DNA of 64,000 bases, from the NCBI GenBank assembly GCA_963764715.1, contig CAVXTP010000009.1:96001-160000 (forward strand), written 5' to 3'. The notes under the pieces were generated by a model, which was not told where the DNA came from, did no database searches, and worked only from the letters and a program-made list of their open reading frames with translations. Below, piece by piece: positions 59,141-64,000 of this stretch (positions are counted from its first letter, which is position 1; the number at the start of each line of letters is the position of its first letter). The DNA is from an uncultured Acidobacteriota bacterium. Its GTDB lineage: Bacteria; Acidobacteriota; Thermoanaerobaculia; UBA5066; Gp7-AA6. Made by a program: the position numbers and the translations under genes.

Positions 59141-61033
59141 GTGACCATCGCCTTGCGTTCGCCGATCTCCGCCATCCGACTGGCTGCGGCCGCCCTCCTC
59201 TTCGGCGCGGCCGCGGCGGGGGCGGCCCAGGAGGCGCTGTCGCCCCTGCCGCCGCCCGTCACGCGCAGCCAGTATCGCTCCCAGTGGTTCGAGTTCCTGT
59301 CCGCGTTTTCCGAGAACGACGCCGCCGGCGCCAACCGCGCCCTCGAGGCGATGCTGCGCGCCGGACGCAAGGTGGGCGTCTCGCACCTTTCCGACTTTTC
59401 GCGCACGGCGGTCTTCCTCGGCCGCCGCGCCGAGAAGCTCGGCCAGCCCGACCGAGCGGTGCGCGCCTACGACGCGGCGCTGAAGCTGGACGAGTCGAAC
59501 CCCGACGCGATCGTCGCGCGCCTCTCCTTCCTGGCGCGGCACGGACGGACGGGCGAGGCGCTGAAGGCCGCACCCGACGCGGCGGTCGCCCTGCTCTCGA
59601 CGCACGAGGCCCGGGTCGCGATCGCGTCCTCTTTCGGCCTCTGGCTTTCGATCGCCATTGCCGGGATGCTGCTCGTCGTGATCCTCGCGCTGGGGGTCCG
59701 CCACGTGTCCCGCATCGCGCACGACATCGCCGAGGCCGCGCGCCGGACGTTCGGGAGGAGCGGCGCCGTGCCGCTCGGCTTCGTGATCCTGGGCCTCCCG
59801 CTCTTCGTCGGGCTCGGGCCCGGCTGGCTGGTCCTCTACTGGGGCGCCCTCCTCTACGCCTACGGCCGCCCGCGCGAGCGCGCCGTCCTCGCCGCCGGAT
59901 TCGTCGCGATGGCGCTCGTGCCGGGCCTGCTCGCGTGGATCACGGCCGCCAACGTCGAGCAGCGCTCGCCTCTCTTCGTCGCCGCCACGGACCTGGCCGA
60001 ACGGCGCGACGATGCGAGCGCCGAGGACGGGCTGCGCCAGGCCGCGGCGGTTTTTCCCGAGGATTCGGAAGTCTGGTACCTGCTCGGGATCTACGCGGAG
60101 CGTTCCGGCGACCTCGAGCGCGCCCAGTCCGACTACAGCCGGGCGATGCAGGCCGATTCCGCGGATTACCGGCCCATCCTGAATCGCGGGAACGTTCGCT
60201 TCACCGAGGGCGACTACGGGGAAGCCATCCGGGACTACATCGAGGCGGCCCGACGCGAACCGAAGGCCGCCGAGACCTTCTACAACCTGTCGCTCGCCCG
60301 GGGGGAGGCCTACGACTTCGACGGGCAGGCCGCGGCGATGCGCCAGGCGCGCGAGGTCTCGGCGTCCCAGGTCAACTTCTGGACCGGCAACCCGACCCTC
60401 TCGCGCGTCGTCCCGGCCGGCTACACGGTCGAGCGGGCGCGCGCCCGGATGGCCCTCTGGGACGCTCAGCCGAAGAGCCGCCGGCTGCCGGGCCACGGCA
60501 GCTCCCGCGGATGGAAGCAGTTCCTGTCGTGGTGGTCGCTCGCTCCCCTCGGCGCGCTCCTGCTCGGCATCTACTTCGCGGGCACCTGGCGGCTCCGGGG
60601 CGTCGCGGAGGAGTGCGACCGCTGCGGGCGGCCGTTCTGCGCGCGCTGCAAGCACTGGGGAGAAACGTCGCCGTATTGCGCGGAGTGCTCGCGCCTCTCC
60701 CGGAAGGAGGAGGTCGACATCGAGGAGCAGGTCGCGCAGACCCGGTCCATGCAGGGGCGCGCCGTCCGGAGACACCGCATCCGTCGCCTTGCGTCCCTGC
60801 TGCTGCCCGGCTCGCACGCCATCGATTCGGGGCGCCCGGTGCGCGGGGCGGCGATCGCGCTGGTCTTCTTCTTCGGCCTCGGGGCCGCGATCCTGGACGA
60901 CCGGGTTTTCGACCCGTTCGCGCTGCCGCCCGAGGGGCCGCTCCGCCTGACGGTCGTCGCGGGCGCGGCCCTGGCGCTCGTCGTCTGGCTGCGCGCCCAG
61001 TGGGGGGCGAGGAGCGTGTCCGATGGGTCTTGA
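59141..61033 (+). CDS. Membrane TPR protein with Cys-rich zinc finger
   Basis: Signal/TM segments, TPRs (WYLLG, NRGNVRF, FYNLS), CDRCGRPFCARC..YCAEC. Confidence 0.82.
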   Translation: MTIALRSPISAIRLAAAALLFGAAAAGAAQEALSPLPPPVTRSQYRSQWFEFLSAFSENDAAGANRALEAMLRAGRKVGVSHLSDFSRTAVFLGRRAEKLGQPDRAVRAYDAALKLDESNPDAIVARLSFLARHGRTGEALKAAPDAAVALLSTHEARVAIASSFGLWLSIAIAGMLLVVILALGVRHVSRIAHDIAEAARRTFGRSGAVPLGFVILGLPLFVGLGPGWLVLYWGALLYAYGRPRERAVLAAGFVAMALVPGLLAWITAANVEQRSPLFVAATDLAERRDDASAEDGLRQAAAVFPEDSEVWYLLGIYAERSGDLERAQSDYSRAMQADSADYRPILNRGNVRFTEGDYGEAIRDYIEAARREPKAAETFYNLSLARGEAYDFDGQAAAMRQAREVSASQVNFWTGNPTLSRVVPAGYTVERARARMALWDAQPKSRRLPGHGSSRGWKQFLSWWSLAPLGALLLGIYFAGTWRLRGVAEECDRCGRPFCARCKHWGETSPYCAECSRLSRKEEVDIEEQVAQTRSMQGRAVRRHRIRRLASLLLPGSHAIDSGRPVRGAAIALVFFFGLGAAILDDRVFDPFALPPEGPLRLTVVAGAALALVVWLRAQWGARSVSDGS

Positions 61034-62288
61034 AGGGACGCTGAGGGTCTTCTCGCTGACCGACATCTTCCAGATGCTCGGGCTGCAGCGGAAAACCGGA
61101 GTGTTGAGCGTCGAGGGCGACGACGACACGATCACGATCTCGTTTCTCGGCGGGCAGGTCGTGGCCGCGGAGTCGACGGCGCGCCGGCTCGACAATCGGC
61201 TCGGCAACCTCCTGATCCGGGCGGGCTACGTGACACAGGAGCAGCTCGACCGCATCCTCGAGGTGCAGCGGGAGACGCGCCAGCGGATGGGCTTCCTGCT
61301 CGTGCGCGAGGGCCTGATCGATCCGCAGGAGCTGCGCGAGGCGCTCCGCCTCCAGATCGCCCGGATCGTGTACACCGCCTTTCGCTGGCCGGACGGCCGC
61401 TTCCGTTTCAGCCAGGAAGGCATGGTCGACTACGACGCGGACCACATGGCGCCGGTGTCCATCGACTCGATCCTCATGGAAGCGGCGCAGATGGTCGACG
61501 AGTGGCCGCTCTTCGAGAAGAAGGTCGGCTCGCTCGCCGGGGTCTACCGGCGGGCGCCGGGGGTCGAGAGCCTGCGCCTCGTCTCAGGGGAGAAGGACCC
61601 GCCCGAAGGGACGCTGTCGGTCTCGCGCGCCGAGGCCGAGACCTGGCGCTGGATCGACGGCCGGCACTCGGTCGCCGAGATCATGGAGCGGGCCTTTCTC
61701 TCCGACTTCGAGGTCCTCAAGGGCACGGCCGACCTGCTCGGCCGGCATCTCATCGAGGTCGGCCGCGTGGAGGAGGAGCCCGAGATCGCGCCCCTGCCGG
61801 CGCCCGCGGCGGCGCCGAGCGGTCTCTCGGGCAGGTCCGCGGCGCTCTGGGCGGCGCTCGTCGTGCTGGGGGCCTTCGCCGTCTACCTGATCCCGCGCAA
61901 CCCGCTCAACATTCTGATGCGTTCTCCGGGCGACGTGGCCGAGGGCCGGGAGCTGCGCAAGGCCGTCTCGCTCAACGGCGTCGTCGCCGTCGAGCGCGCC
62001 GTGCGGATCTACTACGACTCGACCGGTCGCTACCCGCGCAGCCTGGAGGATCTCGTCGTGGCCGGCATCCTGGGGGAGGACTCGCTGCGCGATCCCTACG
62101 GCCGGTTCTATCGTTACATCCTGCGCGCCGAGGACGGGAAGTTCGGGCTCTACGGCCGCAACGCCCAGGGCCAGATCGACCTGGACCTCTCCCTCGAGCG
62201 CAGCCTCGCTCCGGTGGCCGAGCCTCGTCCCGCCGCGTCCCGGCCGCCCCAGCAGACCGAGCGGCCCAGCGTTCAGGTGGTCGAATAG
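61023..62288 (+). CDS. DUF4388 protein with tandem MshEN motif, TM and GspG-like C-terminal domain
   Basis: LEGTLRVFSLTDIFQ..KTGVL; RLGNLLIRAGYVTQEQLDRILEVQ; YYDSTGRYPRSLEDLV..DPYG. Confidence 0.85.
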   Translation: MGLEGTLRVFSLTDIFQMLGLQRKTGVLSVEGDDDTITISFLGGQVVAAESTARRLDNRLGNLLIRAGYVTQEQLDRILEVQRETRQRMGFLLVREGLIDPQELREALRLQIARIVYTAFRWPDGRFRFSQEGMVDYDADHMAPVSIDSILMEAAQMVDEWPLFEKKVGSLAGVYRRAPGVESLRLVSGEKDPPEGTLSVSRAEAETWRWIDGRHSVAEIMERAFLSDFEVLKGTADLLGRHLIEVGRVEEEPEIAPLPAPAAAPSGLSGRSAALWAALVVLGAFAVYLIPRNPLNILMRSPGDVAEGRELRKAVSLNGVVAVERAVRIYYDSTGRYPRSLEDLVVAGILGEDSLRDPYGRFYRYILRAEDGKFGLYGRNAQGQIDLDLSLERSLAPVAEPRPAASRPPQQTERPSVQVVE

Positions 62289-62298
62289 CGAGCTAAAA

Positions 62299-62355
62299 CA
62301 TGAGCCTACGAGGCTTAAGTGGTATCCAAAAAAAGTTGACAACAGTACGCTCATA
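62299..62355. promoter_or_regulatory. Two HAIR-like (HspR operator) inverted repeats
   Basis: CATGAGC-N7-GCTTAAG (62299-62319) and GTTGACA-N7-GCTCATA (62335-62355) versus consensus CTTGAGT-N7-ACTCAAG. Confidence 0.55.
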
Positions 62356-62364
62356 TCCTATAGT
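62336..62364 (+). promoter_or_regulatory. Sigma70-type promoter of dnaK
   Basis: TTGACA-17 nt-TATAGT with upstream A-tract; SD AGGAGG downstream. Confidence 0.85.
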
Positions 62365-62399
62365 GGCCCCTCCAATCGGGTCTAGGAGGAGCAGGAATC

Positions 62400-64000
62400 A
62401 TGAGCAAGATCATCGGAATCGACCTCGGCACCACGAACTCGTGCGTCGCCGTCATGGAGGCCGGGGACCCGGTCGTCATCCCCAACGCTGAAGGCAACCG
62501 CACGACGCCTTCGGTCGTCGCGTTCTCCAAGTCGGGGGAGCGCCTGGTCGGCCAGGTCGCCAAGCGCCAGTCGATCACGAACCCCGCCAACACCGTCTAC
62601 TCCATCAAGCGCTTCATGGGGCGCAAGTACTCGGAAGTGACCGAGGAAATGAGGATGGTGCCCTTCAAGGTCGAGGCGGCCGGCAACGGCGACTGCCGCG
62701 TCCAGGCCGGGGGCAAGGACTGGTCGCCGCCGGAGATCTCCGCGATGATCCTCGGCAAGCTCAAGGAAGCCGCCGAGGCCTATCTCGGAGAGAAGGTCAC
62801 GCGGGCGGTCATCACCGTCCCGGCTTACTTCAACGATTCGCAGCGCCAGGCGACCAAGGACGCCGGGCAGATCGCGGGCCTCACCGTCGAGCGGCTCGTC
62901 AACGAGCCCACGGCGGCCGCGCTCGCTTACGGCCTCGACAAGAAGAAGGACGAGACCATCGCCGTTTACGACTTCGGCGGCGGAACGTTCGACATCTCGA
63001 TCCTCGAGGTCGGCGAGGGCGTCGTCGAGGTCAAGTCCACCAACGGCGACACGCACCTGGGCGGCGACAACATCGACCAGCGCATCATCGAGTGGATCCT
63101 GGCCGAGTTCAAGAAGGACCAGGGGGTCGATCTCTCGAAGGACCCCATGGCGATGCAGCGGCTCAAGGAAGCCGCCGAGAAGGCCAAGATCGAGCTCTCC
63201 AACGTCGTGGAGACGGAGGTCAATCTTCCGTTCATCACGGCCGACGCGTCGGGGCCCAAGCACCTCCAGCTCAAGCTCTCGCGTTCGAAGCTCGAGCAGC
63301 TCGTCGAGGACATCATCGAGAAGTCCATGGGCCCGTGCAAGCAGGCCCTGAAGGACGCCGGCCTGGAGCCCAAGGACATCGACGAGGTCGTCCTCGTGGG
63401 CGGCCAGACGCGCATGCCCCGCATTCAGAAGCTCGTCAAGGATTTCTTCGGCAAGGACCCGCACCAGGGCGTCAACCCGGATGAGGTCGTCGCGATCGGC
63501 GCGGCCGTCCAGGGAGGCGTTCTCGCGGGCGACGTCAAGGACCTCCTGCTGCTCGACGTGACCCCGCTGTCGCTCGGCATCGAGACCCTCGGCGGCGTCA
63601 CGACCAAGCTGATCGAGCGCAACACCACGATCCCGACCAAGAAGAGCGAGGTCTTCTCGACGGCCGGCGACAACCAGACGTCGGTCGAGATCAAGGTGCT
63701 CCAGGGCGAGCGCGAGATGGCCCGCGACAACAAGACGATCGGCGTCTTCCACCTCGTCGGGATCCCGCCCGCGCCGCGCGGCATGCCGCAGATCGAGGTT
63801 TCGTTCGACATCGACGCCAACGGCATCATGAACGTCTCGGCCAAGGACCTCGGCACGGGCAAGGAGCAGAAGATCACGATCACGGCGTCGTCCGGCCTCA
63901 ACAAGGACGAGATCGACCGGATGGTCAAGGACGCGCAGTCGCATTCCGAGGAAGACCGGAAGCGGCGCGAGGAGATCGAAGCCAGGAACCGGCTCGACTC
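62400..64000 (+). CDS. dnaK: Chaperone DnaK (3' truncated by window edge)
   Basis: [57 protein letters not shown]. Confidence 0.99.
   Translation, partial: MSKIIGIDLGTTNSCVAVMEAGDPVVIPNAEGNRTTPSVVAFSKSGERLVGQVAKRQSITNPANTVYSIKRFMGRKYSEVTEEMRMVPFKVEAAGNGDCRVQAGGKDWSPPEISAMILGKLKEAAEAYLGEKVTRAVITVPAYFNDSQRQATKDAGQIAGLTVERLVNEPTAAALAYGLDKKKDETIAVYDFGGGTFDISILEVGEGVVEVKSTNGDTHLGGDNIDQRIIEWILAEFKKDQGVDLSKDPMAMQRLKEAAEKAKIELSNVVETEVNLPFITADASGPKHLQLKLSRSKLEQLVEDIIEKSMGPCKQALKDAGLEPKDIDEVVLVGGQTRMPRIQKLVKDFFGKDPHQGVNPDEVVAIGAAVQGGVLAGDVKDLLLLDVTPLSLGIETLGGVTTKLIERNTTIPTKKSEVFSTAGDNQTSVEIKVLQGEREMARDNKTIGVFHLVGIPPAPRGMPQIEVSFDIDANGIMNVSAKDLGTGKEQKITITASSGLNKDEIDRMVKDAQSHSEEDRKRREEIEARNRLD

Overview
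GC-rich (roughly 70% by eye) bacterial chromosome segment. Gene content (Oar-type TonB receptor, acidobacterial-type VWA protein, many YfhO/GT-C proteins) suggests Acidobacteriota, probably Thermoanaerobaculia; this is inference. The window opens inside an rRNA operon (3' part of 23S, 5S, terminator). A cell-envelope modification island follows (three GT-C/YfhO-type membrane proteins, four SAM methyltransferases, a radical SAM enzyme), then a frameshifted TonB receptor. The rest is mixed housekeeping and accessory genes: HD-GYP regulator, mutY, orphan BoxB-like di-iron protein, hybrid kinase plus FabH-like enzyme, AmrS, rho, RhlB-like helicase, mdh-sdhC-sucCD-ndk, trmJ, ompA, RluA-family synthase, envC-ctpA-yibQ, mazG and the 5' part of dnaK. 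No CRISPR array, tRNA, transposase or phage gene was seen. Most notable observations: a catalytically dead S41 protease in the envC-ctpA-yibQ operon; a DUF1844-TPR/Zn-finger-DUF4388/MshEN/pseudopilin module; an SdpA-like plus HTTM-DCC1 cassette; a 6S-like structured RNA after rho; a widespread leaderless -10 signature; GTAG REP elements that supply stop codons; a heptamer inverted repeat; and HAIR-like sites at dnaK. Family assignments come from motif recognition only; no searches were run.
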